DNA from: an uncultured Clostridia bacterium
GTDB lineage: Bacteria; Bacillota; Clostridia; Christensenellales; QALW01
Direction: 5' to 3'
Length of the DNA: 64,000 nt
Assembly (NCBI GenBank): GCA_958448705.1
Contig: CAUDEY010000002.1
Location: forward strand, 74,768 to 138,767
In this document: in pieces, positions 43,752-53,386 of the stretch
How the letters are laid out: each line of letters opens with the position of its first letter
Numbering within the stretch: position 1 is the stretch's first letter
Position numbers and translations under genes: made by a program
The notes under the pieces: model-generated
Seen by the model: only the letters and a program-made list of their open reading frames with translations
What the model was told of the DNA's origin: nothing
Database searches by the model: none

Positions 43752-45002
43752 TCAGCGGATATGGCCGCTGCCGCATATCACATATTTATACGTCGTCAGC
43801 TCGCACAAACCCATCGGTCCGCGGGCATGCAGCTTTTGGGTAGAAATGCCCATTTCGCAGCCCAGGCCGAACTCACCGCCGTCGGTAAAGCGGGTAGAAG
43901 CATTTACATATACCGCAGCGCTGTCCACCGTTTTAATAAAAAATTCCCTTGCACTGTCGCTTTGGGTCACAATCGCATCGCTGTGCCCGGTAGAATGGGC
44001 CGTAATATGCGCCACCGCCTCCTGGACGTTTTCAACTACTTTTACGGCTAAGATATAATCCAGAAACTCCGTATCAAAATCTCCATCCTTTGCGGGCGTT
44101 CCCTTGATAAAATCCGCCGCAGAAGCATCCAGCCGCAGTTCCACCGGCGGCAGATTCTGTGCTTTCCGTTTTGTAACCAGCGCATCATAGATCATCGGTA
44201 AAAACTGCGCGGCTACGGCACGATCGACCAGCAGAACTTCCTCGGCATTGCATACACTGGGACGACTGGTCTTAGCATTTTCCACAATTTTCTGTGCCAT
44301 GACCAAATCAGCCGTAGCCTCCACATATACATGGCAAATTCCCGTGCCGGTAGCAATACAGGGCACTGTGGCATTTTCCACGCAGGCGTTGATTAGTCCC
44401 GCGCCGCCGCGGGGAATCAGCAGATCCACATATTCCCGCGCTGTCATTAAACTCCGCGCGCTCTCGCGTGAGGTATCGGTCACCAAGCATACCGCATCAG
44501 GCGTCACCTGCGCACGGATAAGCCCTTCCCGCAGGGCATCAACAATCGCCTTGGCAGAACCAAAGGCTTCCTTTCCGCCGCGCAGCACGCACACATTTCC
44601 GCTTTTAAGCGCCAAAGCGGCTGCGTCGCTGGTCACATTAGGGCGGCTTTCATAAATGATTGCCACTACCCCCATCGGCACGGCGATCTTAGAAATCTCC
44701 AGCCCGTCGGCACGGGTAAAGGATTCCAGCACCCTTCCCACCGGATCCGGCAGTTCCGCCACGGCACGGATTCCGTCGGCCATGGCGCGGATGCGCCCTT
44801 CACTTAAATGCAGCCGATCCAGCATAACATCGGAAATAACCCCCCGTGCTTTTTCCATATCCGCCCGGTTGGCCTCTAAAATTGTTTGTGTATGTTCCTC
44901 CAGCGCCGCGGCCATAGAAAGCAACGCCTTGTTCTTATGCTGCGTATCAAGGCAGGCAACGGCTGTTTTTGCGGCCTTAGCGGCCTTTAAAAGGTCAAGC
45001 AT
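43752..45002 (-). CDS. proA: Glutamate-5-semialdehyde dehydrogenase (gamma-glutamyl phosphate reductase)
   Basis: ALDH-like protein with ProA motifs ([18 protein letters not shown]). The ATG at 45002 overlaps the proB stop by 8 nt. Confidence 0.9.
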   Translation of the reverse strand: MLDLLKAAKAAKTAVACLDTQHKNKALLSMAAALEEHTQTILEANRADMEKARGVISDVMLDRLHLSEGRIRAMADGIRAVAELPDPVGRVLESFTRADGLEISKIAVPMGVVAIIYESRPNVTSDAAALALKSGNVCVLRGGKEAFGSAKAIVDALREGLIRAQVTPDAVCLVTDTSRESARSLMTAREYVDLLIPRGGAGLINACVENATVPCIATGTGICHVYVEATADLVMAQKIVENAKTSRPSVCNAEEVLLVDRAVAAQFLPMIYDALVTKRKAQNLPPVELRLDASAADFIKGTPAKDGDFDTEFLDYILAVKVVENVQEAVAHITAHSTGHSDAIVTQSDSAREFFIKTVDSAAVYVNASTRFTDGGEFGLGCEMGISTQKLHARGPMGLCELTTYKYVICGSGHIR

Positions 45003-45768
45003 GATGTTCCCCCGTAAATTTTGTTCCGACGGGCTTTCCGTCTGTAATATCATAAAGATGTAAAGGATCGGCTCCGTTGGCGATCACCATATCGCAGCCG
45101 CAGGCAAGGCATATTTTTGCAGCATTCAGCTTTGTAACCATTCCGCCGGTACCCAGAGCTGAGCCATTACCGCCGGCAAGAGAATAGATATGTTCATCCA
45201 GCCGGGTAACCAAAGGAATCAGTTCCGCAGCCGGATCTCTATGCGGATCAGCCGTATACAGGCCATCAATATCCGAAAGCAGTACCAACAGCTGTGCATT
45301 AACACTTTTTGCCACAATAGCCGCCAGTGTATCGTTATCACCGATAACGATCTCCTCTGTAGCCAGCGTGTCATTTTCATTGATGATCGGCAGCGCGCCC
45401 AGTTCCAGCAGCCGGGTAATCGTATTGCTGAAATTTTGATGCCGCGCTTCGTTTTCGATATCTGCTCCGGTGATCAAAAGCTGCGCTACCGTATGATTAT
45501 ATTCCCCAAACAGCTTATCGTAAATATACATCAGCTCACATTGCCCCACGGCTGCCGCAGCCTGTTTGGTAGGAATATCCTCCGGGCGGCATGGCAGCCC
45601 CAGCTTGCCTACCCCCATACCGATGGCACCGGAGGAAACGAGGATGACTTCGTTTCCGGCGTTTTTAATATCGCTGATAACTTTGCAAAGCTCCTCCACA
45701 CGGCGGATATTCAAATGCCCCGAGGTATAAGCCAGCGTGCTGGTGCCTATTTTAATAACGATGCGCAT
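44995..45768 (-). CDS. proB: Glutamate 5-kinase (short form without PUA domain)
   Basis: [21 protein letters not shown] and GDNDTLAA amino-acid-kinase motifs in 257 aa. Confidence 0.9.
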   Translation of the reverse strand: MRIVIKIGTSTLAYTSGHLNIRRVEELCKVISDIKNAGNEVILVSSGAIGMGVGKLGLPCRPEDIPTKQAAAAVGQCELMYIYDKLFGEYNHTVAQLLITGADIENEARHQNFSNTITRLLELGALPIINENDTLATEEIVIGDNDTLAAIVAKSVNAQLLVLLSDIDGLYTADPHRDPAAELIPLVTRLDEHIYSLAGGNGSALGTGGMVTKLNAAKICLACGCDMVIANGADPLHLYDITDGKPVGTKFTGEHHA

Positions 45769-45839
45769 AGCTTTCTCCTAATGATAAAATATTCTTATGT
45801 TATATTATACACGCTAAGCGCCGAAAAAGAAAGCGTTTT

Positions 45840-46466
45840 TTACGGGATTAGATCCCAGGAAATACGATCGGTCTGCAAGTAATAATTCGGCACTGTACCT
45901 ACAATAATGCCCTCAAAAATCGCCACGCTGTTCTCTACTGAAAACGTATTGCTTTTAGAGGAGAGAAACACTGAAATATTCACTGCAAGCACTAAAATAA
46001 TACTGTGCTTAGTCTGGTTAATTCCGGCAGATTCAAAAGTACTTTTATAATCATTGGTCACATTGCCGCTCAAAGCCACATTTACATTGATTCGCGGCCC
46101 GCTGCCGGCAAAAAGGTCCACTCCCAGTGCGCTGCCCAGCGGAAGAGAAACGCCAATGGAGCACATATCGTCCAGCCTAGCCTGCACCGCCTGGCATGCT
46201 GCGGCCGCCAGCTGGTTCAGTACCAAAGAGTTGGCCTGCAGATACAGCACGGAGCTATCGGTCACATACTCTACCAAGTCTCCTGAAAGTACCGTAGCCA
46301 TCAACGCCGAATTGATGCACTCATTCATGATCAGATTTACCCGCGCCGTAATGATCGCCCGGGCATTGGTAAGCAGCTGCTGTTCAATATTCTGAATAAA
46401 AAATACCGAAAGGCATACAATGACCAGCAAAACGGCAGTAATGATCCATAAAAGTCTTTTTTTCAT
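45840..46466 (-). CDS. yunB: Sporulation protein YunB
   Basis: An N-terminal TM segment, then LPLGSALGVDLFAGSGPRINV...FESAGINQTKH...IVGTVPNYY, typical of YunB. AGGTGA RBS precedes the ATG at 46466. The ORF-track upstream extension is rejected. Confidence 0.75.
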   Translation of the reverse strand: MKKRLLWIITAVLLVIVCLSVFFIQNIEQQLLTNARAIITARVNLIMNECINSALMATVLSGDLVEYVTDSSVLYLQANSLVLNQLAAAACQAVQARLDDMCSIGVSLPLGSALGVDLFAGSGPRINVNVALSGNVTNDYKSTFESAGINQTKHSIILVLAVNISVFLSSKSNTFSVENSVAIFEGIIVGTVPNYYLQTDRISWDLIP

Positions 46467-46675
46467 AAAATTCACCTGCTTCATTCTATGGCGTATGCTG
46501 TAAAAACATGCGGCAGAGAAAAAGAAAATACGTACTTTTGACGAATAAAAAAAGACCGCAAACGCCCATTTTCTGCACAAACGACAAAAGCAGCGGCACA
46601 AAAATATTTCAAGTTGAAAAAATATGTTTCTTTTGTTATAATAGAAGTACACAAAAAAAGGAGGATGCCGCAATC

Positions 46676-49633
46676 ATGCCGGATAAAAAGAACCCAACAA
46701 AAGATCGCACGGCGGCTTCCAATCTGGAGGTTACCCCGGTAACGCCCCACCACGGCGGGAGCACAGACCGGAAGAATAAAAAAACACCCGAAGGCCATAC
46801 CGCACAGCACAGACAAATCCCTGAATTCACCATGGAGCCTGTTGTCCCGCGCAGCAAACAGGAGTCAAACCGTCCCGCCACAGCAAAGCCGGCTTCCCCG
46901 CGTCCCCGGACGCCGGAACGTCCGGTTCGGCAGAGCGAGCATGGACGCGAAAGCGCATCACATACAGCACAAGCTTTCCCGGAAAGGCCCGTTCAGCGCC
47001 CTCAAGCGGCTGAGCGTCCCGTTCGGCAGAGCGAACACGGCCATAGCGCGGACACACCGGCGAAACGGCCATTAGAGGATACCCGGCGCCTGCAGGCGAT
47101 ACCGTCAAGCAGAGCGCAGGCGTCTTCACGGGCTGCTGCACACACCAGCGCACGGACAAGAAAAATCGAAGATGAGTCCGGCAATCTCTATCGGCCGGAA
47201 GATCCCAAAAAAGCACAGCGGGAACTGCAGCAAGCCCAAAAGCAAAAAGAGCTGCTGGAACGCAGACGCCGGCTTGATGAAGAAATGTCGCTGTTTACCC
47301 AAAATGATAAACCAAAAAACTATTGGGTAAATCTTTTGCTGGTAACAGCAAAAATGACGCTGATCTGTATCTTAATCGTAGGCATCAGCGGCATCGGCTT
47401 TGTACTGGGCATGGCAAAATCCTATTTGGAGTCCGTGCCGGAGCTGGACTTTGCCTTGGTTGCCGAGCAGGACCAGGCCACGGTACTCTATGATGTAAAC
47501 AACGAAATCCTGGGGAATTATTATAGCCTGGAAAACCGGGAATGGGCAGAGCTTGAGGATATTCCCGTAAACCTGCAGAACGCAGTGATTGCGATCGAAG
47601 ACGTGCGCTTCCGCCGCCATATGGGTATTGACTTCAAGCGCATCTTCGCTTCGATACTCTCCAACCTCTCCAGCGGTTCGCTTCAGGGCGGTTCTACCAT
47701 TACCCAACAGCTGATCAAAAACACCATGCTCTCCTTTGAGCAAACGTATAAGCGTAAAATTCAGGAGGCCTCCCTTGCCCTGGAACTGGAAAAAAACTAC
47801 AGTAAGGATGAAATCCTGGAGGCATATTTAAACACGATCTACATGGGCGGCTCCTGCTACGGTGTAAAAACTGCTGCGATGGATTATTTCGGCAAAGAAC
47901 TCTCAGAGCTCTCCTTGCGGGAATGCGCCACCTTAGCGGGTATGATACAAAATCCCTCCCGGTATAATCCCAGAAGCAATTATTTTTCGCGCAACAATCC
48001 GGACCGAACAGATAACCGCACCAATCTGGTGCTGTATGAAATGTATGAAAACGGCCTGATCGGCAAGGAGGACTATGACGCTGCCCGTGCCGATACCCTT
48101 ACAGTACTGGAAACCTCACCCTATTCCTCCAAAACAGGCATGGTCTATTTTACCGACTATGTGATCGATAGCGTTGTAGATGAGCTGCTGGAAATCCGGG
48201 GTCTGGAGGATAATTCCCAGAACCGCAGCAGTATACGGACGGAGATCCGCACCGAGGGCTATCATATTTATACCACGCTGGACGCTCAGAAGCAGCAGGC
48301 CGCAGAAGAAGCCGTATATTCCTTTACCGGATACCCAAATATGCGCTATTCCTCCGATGCCTATACCATTGCCGGGAGAAACCCTGACGGCACGGTCATT
48401 CGCCTTACACAGCCGCAGGCTGCAGTAGCCATTATGGATTACCGCAACGGCTATATCACCGCACTGGTCGGCGGCAGACAGGCGCCGGGAGGCTCCTTGG
48501 AATTTAACCGTTCGTATCAGTCTACCATGCCGGTAGGTTCCTCGATCAAGCCGCTTTCCGTTTACGGCCCCGCTATTGAAATCGGTGCCGGACCGGGCAG
48601 TATTTACTATAACCTGCAAATGCGCATTGACGGCTGGGATTCTCCCAACGGCTATCCTTTAAACAATTCCCGTACCTACAGCGGACGTATTACGATGCGC
48701 TCTACCATCACCTCCTCCCACAACGTAACCGCCGCCCAAGCGCTGATGTATGACGTCGGCCTTGATCGGGCCTACGATACGCTGGTGCAGTTAGGGGTGG
48801 ATCCGGAACATATCAGCAAAACAGGGTCCGGCCTTGCCCTTGGCAGCTCGGGCATTACACCTTTAGAGATGGCCGGCGCTTTCTCCTGCATTGCCAATAT
48901 GGGGGTATATAATGAACCGATCGCCTTTACGAAATTAGAGGATAAAAACGGCAACGTTATCATAGATATGCTCGCCAAGCAGGATACCCATCGAGTATTT
49001 TCCGAAAGCACCGCCTGGCAGCTGATCGATCTGCTGTATACGGTAGTAAACAGCGGCGCTACCCGGGCGCGCGTTTCCGGACAAACCGTTTACGGCAAAA
49101 CAGGAACAAACTCCGAAATGCGCGGTGTGTTCTTCGCCGGCTTTACCGGCTACTATACCGGTACCGTCTGGATCGGCTCTGACGCTTATAAGCCCCTGGT
49201 ATCCGATGCCCAGGGCGGAAAATATGCCGCTCCGCTGTTTTCCGCAGTCATGACGGCCCTGCACAAGGGCCTGCCCAACAAGGCCGCCACCGAAGTACAG
49301 CCCGGTGAAGTAGGCGTTTCCCGCGTTACCTACTGCGATATTTCCGGAAAGCTGGCCGGTCAAGGTTGTACCGCAACCCATACCGATTACGGCAATCCTG
49401 CCAATATGCCGGTGTGCGACGTGCACCGTACGGTAAAGATCTGCAACGAAAGCGGTGCGCTGGCTACCGCTGCCTGTCCGGAGGAAAACTGTTCGCAGCG
49501 TACGCTGGTAATGATCCCGGAACGCGGTGTGCTGAACTATATGTATTACAACTATTACAGCACCTTTGTGCGGTACGCCGGAACGCCTACCACGAATATG
49601 AGCAGCTGTAAGATTCATACTGCAGAGGAATAA
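46676..49633 (+). CDS. Class A penicillin-binding protein (GT51 transglycosylase plus transpeptidase) with a basic Pro-rich N-terminal extension and a Cys-rich C-terminal tail
   Basis: GT51 motifs are AIEDVRFRRHMGID, GGSTITQQL and RKIQE. The transpeptidase motif is SSIKP...SHN...KTGT. AAAGGAGG RBS lies 11 nt before the ATG at 46676. Confidence 0.9.
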   Translation: MPDKKNPTKDRTAASNLEVTPVTPHHGGSTDRKNKKTPEGHTAQHRQIPEFTMEPVVPRSKQESNRPATAKPASPRPRTPERPVRQSEHGRESASHTAQAFPERPVQRPQAAERPVRQSEHGHSADTPAKRPLEDTRRLQAIPSSRAQASSRAAAHTSARTRKIEDESGNLYRPEDPKKAQRELQQAQKQKELLERRRRLDEEMSLFTQNDKPKNYWVNLLLVTAKMTLICILIVGISGIGFVLGMAKSYLESVPELDFALVAEQDQATVLYDVNNEILGNYYSLENREWAELEDIPVNLQNAVIAIEDVRFRRHMGIDFKRIFASILSNLSSGSLQGGSTITQQLIKNTMLSFEQTYKRKIQEASLALELEKNYSKDEILEAYLNTIYMGGSCYGVKTAAMDYFGKELSELSLRECATLAGMIQNPSRYNPRSNYFSRNNPDRTDNRTNLVLYEMYENGLIGKEDYDAARADTLTVLETSPYSSKTGMVYFTDYVIDSVVDELLEIRGLEDNSQNRSSIRTEIRTEGYHIYTTLDAQKQQAAEEAVYSFTGYPNMRYSSDAYTIAGRNPDGTVIRLTQPQAAVAIMDYRNGYITALVGGRQAPGGSLEFNRSYQSTMPVGSSIKPLSVYGPAIEIGAGPGSIYYNLQMRIDGWDSPNGYPLNNSRTYSGRITMRSTITSSHNVTAAQALMYDVGLDRAYDTLVQLGVDPEHISKTGSGLALGSSGITPLEMAGAFSCIANMGVYNEPIAFTKLEDKNGNVIIDMLAKQDTHRVFSESTAWQLIDLLYTVVNSGATRARVSGQTVYGKTGTNSEMRGVFFAGFTGYYTGTVWIGSDAYKPLVSDAQGGKYAAPLFSAVMTALHKGLPNKAATEVQPGEVGVSRVTYCDISGKLAGQGCTATHTDYGNPANMPVCDVHRTVKICNESGALATAACPEENCSQRTLVMIPERGVLNYMYYNYYSTFVRYAGTPTTNMSSCKIHTAEE

Positions 49634-49667
49634 GAGGGCAGATAGAAAACGAGATTTCATAAGCTGC

Positions 49668-49694
49668 CTAACTCCCTTTAATGGGGAAGCTGGC
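49668..49694 (+). repeat. Direct repeat DR1 (CTAACTCCCTTTAATGGGGAAGCTGGC)
   Basis: A near-identical copy lies 181 nt downstream at 49849-49873. Confidence 0.6.
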
Positions 49695-49762
49695 AAGCTA
49701 AAGAGGAAGCGGAGAGAAGGTTCGGCAAAGCATTGCTGCGCGAAAGCCTTCTCTCCAGCTTA

Positions 49763-49816
49763 TGTTTTGGCGCCTCCTTCGGCAAAGGAAGGGATATTTT
49801 AATTTTTGCAGTATAA
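49763..49816 (+). repeat. Structured intergenic repeat family, copy B (shorter)
   Basis: TGTTTTGGCGCCTCCTTCGGCAAAGGAAGGGATATTTTAATTTTTGCAGTATAA. It is preceded by the stem GGAGAGAAGG (49711-49720) pairing with CCTTCTCTCC (49747-49756). Confidence 0.6.
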
Positions 49817-49848
49817 TTAAGAAAACCACAGGCCAATTTATCGCATCT

Positions 49849-49873
49849 CTAACTCCCTTTGATGAGGACTGGC
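49849..49873 (+). repeat. Direct repeat DR2 (CTAACTCCCTTTGATGAGGACTGGC)
   Basis: Matches DR1 at about 21 of 25 positions with a 2-nt gap. The two copies bracket repeat copy B. Confidence 0.6.
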
Positions 49874-49902
49874 CCCGAGAGGACCATGAAGCTTTGATCC
49901 CT

Positions 49903-50124
49903 GAATTCAATCCCCTTCATATGATCCGGAGGAATGGGTGCTTCTGGCCAAATTAGCCGGTATGAAATATCTTTGTTTTACAGCCAAGCATCATCACGGA
50001 TTTTGCATGTGGGATACCCAATACAATGGCTGTAATAGTACGAATACACCCTACGGAAAAGATATTTTAAAACTGCGATGCCTGCCGCAAGCACGATATA
50101 CTTCACTATTTCAATCCTGATTGA
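49903..50124 (+). pseudogene. Decayed alpha-L-fucosidase (GH29) remnant: 5'-truncated, with two or more frameshifts
   Basis: Three frames joined read EFNPL(H)/YDPEEWVLLAKLAGMKYLCFTAKHHHGFCMWDTQYNGCNSTNTPYGKDILK/NCDACRKHDI, which matches the conserved GH29 N-terminal core (KHHDGF...W). A further fragment, IKNQLAKLLQN, lies at about 50210-50262. Confidence 0.6.
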
Positions 50125-50341
50125 CATCATCCGTACGGCTATAATCCTGCCTCCCCACACCAATGGAAAGCAATAGCAAAATGTAAACACCGCAATTTAC
50201 CGGGAATCCATCAAAAATCAACTGGCCAAGCTTCTTCAAAATACGGTTTATACTTTTTTCTAAGATATTGCGCCGAAAATCAAAGATTTTTCCCTAAATG
50301 CGCCGATCGTCATTGAACTTGCCTGGTAAGACGCCGGCTGT

Positions 50342-50389
50342 AAAAAAAACACTGCGGCTTCTTTGTGAACCCGCAGTGTTTGATTTTTT
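50342..50389. terminator. Bidirectional rho-independent terminator
   Basis: AACACTGCGG (50348-50357) pairs with CCGCAGTGTT (50371-50380), flanked by A8 and TGATTTTTT. Confidence 0.75.
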
Positions 50390-50494
50390 CATTTGCAATT
50401 CTGCGCTGTAAGCGCATAAATTCTGTTCTAAAATCTCTTTGTTATATTTTTACCAGCCGAGCAATGGGTTGAAACGGATTTTTCTCCCCCGAAA

Positions 50495-50608
50495 TCAATT
50501 GTTTCCAAGATGAGAAAAGGTAAGCCAGCACAAAAAAACACCGATCAGAAAACCCACGATAATAAGAATCGCGGCCACCATCATAAAATTTCTGTTTGGC
50601 TTTCCCAT
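50495..50608 (-). CDS. Candidate 37-aa single-TM micro-protein translationally coupled to hom
   Basis: MGKPNRNFMMVAAILIIVGFLIGVFLCWLTFSHLGNN. The ATG lies 2 nt after the hom stop, with GAGG 8 nt upstream. Confidence 0.35.
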   Translation of the reverse strand: MGKPNRNFMMVAAILIIVGFLIGVFLCWLTFSHLGNN

Positions 50609-50610
50609 TC

Positions 50611-51813
50611 TTAAACCTCTAACACACGGATCGCAGAAAGAAGCTTCATCTGTGCGAAATTCTTGCTGTGCTCCGCATTGCAAAGGACAGGCGTAATGGC
50701 AGCTGTAACGCCATCCTGCGCAAACAAAATCTGTGCGCTGCCGTAAACGGAAAGAATATCCTCCTCACTGCCTTTTATACGGATAAAATATGCTGTTTCC
50801 AGCACCTCCTGCGGCAGCACCTGCCCGGGAATCTCATCCTCCCAGCCCCAGCCTTTTAAAAATTCAAAATGCTTGGCGGCGTCCAGAATATCCGCTACTA
50901 CCGCACTGGCCGTGGGCAGCTTGCCCGCGCCGCGGCCATAGAGGAATACATCGCCTACGGCATTGCCTTTTAAAAGTACGCCGTTAAATACGTCCTTTAC
51001 CTGCGCCAACAGACAAGAAACAGGAACCAATGCCGGAGAAACCATTACCTTAAGCTTATCCCCCAGCTGTTTAGCCTGCCCAATCAGTTTAATCTCGTAC
51101 CCGCTTCTTTTGGCGATGGCCACATCGTCGGGCGTAATATTGCCAATACCTTCGGCATACACATCCTTGGGATATACATGATGTCCAAACGCCAGCGAGG
51201 AAAGAATGCACATCTTGCGGGAAGCATCGATGCCCTCTACATCTGCCGTTGGATTTGCTTCGGCATAGCCCAGCTTTTGAGCCAGCTTCAGTGCGCCGTC
51301 AAAACTCATGGCATCCTCTACCATTTTCGTAAGAATAAAATTGGTGGTACCGTTTAAAATTCCGTAAAACTCCGTAATTTCATTGGCGGCCATACACCGG
51401 TGCATCGGACGAATCAACGGAATTCCGCCGCCAACGGAAGCCTCAAAGAAGTAATTTACATTATTTTCCTTTGCCAGCTGCAGCAATTCATATCCCTTCT
51501 GTGCCACCAGCTCTTTGTTGGAGGTCACGACACTTTTACCTGCTTTCAAGCTGCGCACGGTAAAATCATACGCGGCGCCTATACCGCCGATCACCTCAGC
51601 AACCACCTTGATTTCCGGGTCATTTTCTATAATACTGAAATCTTTAATAAATTTTTCCGGATAAAGGCTATCGGAAAAATCACGTACATCCAGCACATAT
51701 TTTACATAGAGGTCCTGCGCCAGTTTTGCGGCAATATGCTTTTGATTCATTAAAATCAATTCCACTACGCCGCTGCCTACCGTACCGTGCCCCAACACAG
51801 CAATATTGATCAT
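50611..51813 (-). CDS. hom: Homoserine dehydrogenase (with C-terminal ACT-like domain)
   Basis: MINIAVLGHGTVGSGV, VVTSNKEL and GILNGTTNFILT motifs in 400 aa. Confidence 0.9.
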   Translation of the reverse strand: MINIAVLGHGTVGSGVVELILMNQKHIAAKLAQDLYVKYVLDVRDFSDSLYPEKFIKDFSIIENDPEIKVVAEVIGGIGAAYDFTVRSLKAGKSVVTSNKELVAQKGYELLQLAKENNVNYFFEASVGGGIPLIRPMHRCMAANEITEFYGILNGTTNFILTKMVEDAMSFDGALKLAQKLGYAEANPTADVEGIDASRKMCILSSLAFGHHVYPKDVYAEGIGNITPDDVAIAKRSGYEIKLIGQAKQLGDKLKVMVSPALVPVSCLLAQVKDVFNGVLLKGNAVGDVFLYGRGAGKLPTASAVVADILDAAKHFEFLKGWGWEDEIPGQVLPQEVLETAYFIRIKGSEEDILSVYGSAQILFAQDGVTAAITPVLCNAEHSKNFAQMKLLSAIRVLEV

Positions 51814-51837
51814 ATCCCTCCCCCTTTCTCATTTTGC

Positions 51838-51864
51838 TAAAAAGCGGGCAAAAAATGCCCGCTT
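51838..51864 (-). terminator. Terminator after rplQ
   Basis: AAGCGGGCA pairs with TGCCCGCTT across an A/T5 loop. A T-run follows on the minus strand. Confidence 0.65.
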
Positions 51865-51870
51865 TGGGTT

Positions 51871-52383
51871 TTACACCAGCTCCAGAATCACCGCTTCGGC
51901 ACAATCGCCGCGGCGGGGTCCCTTCTTGATGATTCTTGTATAACCGCCGCCCTGGCCCAGCTCTTCTGCGCGCTTGGCATACTTGGGTGCAAGTTCGTCA
52001 AAAATTTTACTGATTACCGGATGGTTAATTTCAGCGGTACGTACTTTATACTCCGCTTTCTTTTCCTTTTCATTGCGGGGAATCTGCCGCTCATAAAGAT
52101 ACGCCATCATCCGGCGGCGCGCATTCAGACGTATAGGACCGTCGTTCTTTACTTCGGTCTCTACGCGCTGCCCCTTATCATTCAGTTTTGCTTTTTTTAC
52201 CGTTACCGTATCGGCATAGGATTTAATTCCCATGGTAATGATCTTCTCAGCCTGTTTGCGAACCTCCTTGGCACGTGCCTCAGTGGTTTCAATGCGGCCA
52301 TACCAAAGAAGATCCGTCGTAAGCCCGCGGACAACGGCAACACGCTGATCCGTAGGTCTGTTAAGCTTTCTATTACCGGCCAT
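51871..52383 (-). CDS. rplQ: 50S ribosomal protein L17 (long form, 170 aa)
   Basis: [37 protein letters not shown] plus [15 protein letters not shown], in the last position of the alpha operon. Confidence 0.93.
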   Translation of the reverse strand: MAGNRKLNRPTDQRVAVVRGLTTDLLWYGRIETTEARAKEVRKQAEKIITMGIKSYADTVTVKKAKLNDKGQRVETEVKNDGPIRLNARRRMMAYLYERQIPRNEKEKKAEYKVRTAEINHPVISKIFDELAPKYAKRAEELGQGGGYTRIIKKGPRRGDCAEAVILELV

Positions 52384-52401
52384 TGTTTCTTATCCTCCTA
52401 A

Positions 52402-53352
52402 TTAATCTTCGTTGCTCTTAAGCTTCAGCCCCAGGCTTGCCAGCTTCTGACGAACCTCTTCCATGGACTTTTTGCCAAGATTGCGAACCCTCATCAAATC
52501 AGTTTCATCCAGGTTTGCAAGCTCCTGCACGGAATTGATGCCCGCACGTTTCAGGCAGTTATAAGAACGCACAGAAAGATCGAGTTCATCGATCGTCATA
52601 TCAAACGCCTTTGCCTGGGGTGCAACGCCGTCCTTGTCCTCTGCAAGCTGGATACCGCCCGCATTTTCGGCAAGGTTTACAAACAGTGCAAGATAATCAC
52701 TCATAATTTTTGCAGCAATACTAATCGCCTCATCCGGCCGGATGGAGCCATCGGTCCAAACGTCAAGAATCAGCTTATCAAAGTTAGCGTCTCTGCCGAT
52801 ACGCGCGCTTTGCACGGTATAGCTGGCCTTCAAAATGGGTGTATAAATAGAATCTACAGCGATCACATCGATCGGCATATCATCCGTTTTATTTTTATCC
52901 GCCGGAACATATCCCATTCCCTTATCGATGATCAGCTCCATATTCAGTGCGCCGCCCTCATCGATGGTAGCGATATGAAGATCTTTATTGATAATTTCAA
53001 GCGAGCTGTCGCCCTTGATATCTCCTGCCGTAACCTCACAGGGACCCACCGCATTGATCGTTGCAGTGACCGGTGCATCGCTGTTAAGCTTCATGGCAAT
53101 GTTCTTTATATTGAGGATGATATTGGTGACATCCTCGCTTACACCGGGAACGGTGCTGAACTCATGCAGAACACCATCGATACGTATCTGTGTTGCCGCA
53201 GCGCCAGGCAGGGAGGATAACAAAATTCTACGGAGAGAATTGCCCAGGGTATTGCCAAATCCGCGCTTTAACGGCTCCACCACAAACTGGGCATACTTGC
53301 CGTCTTCGCTGATCTGCTTACACTCGATAACAGGCTTTTCTATTTCTATCAT
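52402..53352 (-). CDS. rpoA: DNA-directed RNA polymerase subunit alpha
   Basis: FVVEPLKRGFGNTLGNSLRRILLSSLPGAA plus the C-terminal domain ELDLSVRSYNCLKRAGI. Confidence 0.97.
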   Translation of the reverse strand: MIEIEKPVIECKQISEDGKYAQFVVEPLKRGFGNTLGNSLRRILLSSLPGAAATQIRIDGVLHEFSTVPGVSEDVTNIILNIKNIAMKLNSDAPVTATINAVGPCEVTAGDIKGDSSLEIINKDLHIATIDEGGALNMELIIDKGMGYVPADKNKTDDMPIDVIAVDSIYTPILKASYTVQSARIGRDANFDKLILDVWTDGSIRPDEAISIAAKIMSDYLALFVNLAENAGGIQLAEDKDGVAPQAKAFDMTIDELDLSVRSYNCLKRAGINSVQELANLDETDLMRVRNLGKKSMEEVRQKLASLGLKLKSNED

Positions 53353-53386
53353 TATATAAACCCCTCCTACAAAATTTTAGGCGATA

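Noticed and set aside
46508-46675. The upstream 56-codon extension of the PBP ORF, and the 45840..46673 extension of yunB.
   Set aside because: Both extensions cross the shared divergent promoter region, lack an RBS and are compositionally odd. Internal starts with AAAGGAGG (46676) and AGGTGA (46466) give proteins with normal N-termini.
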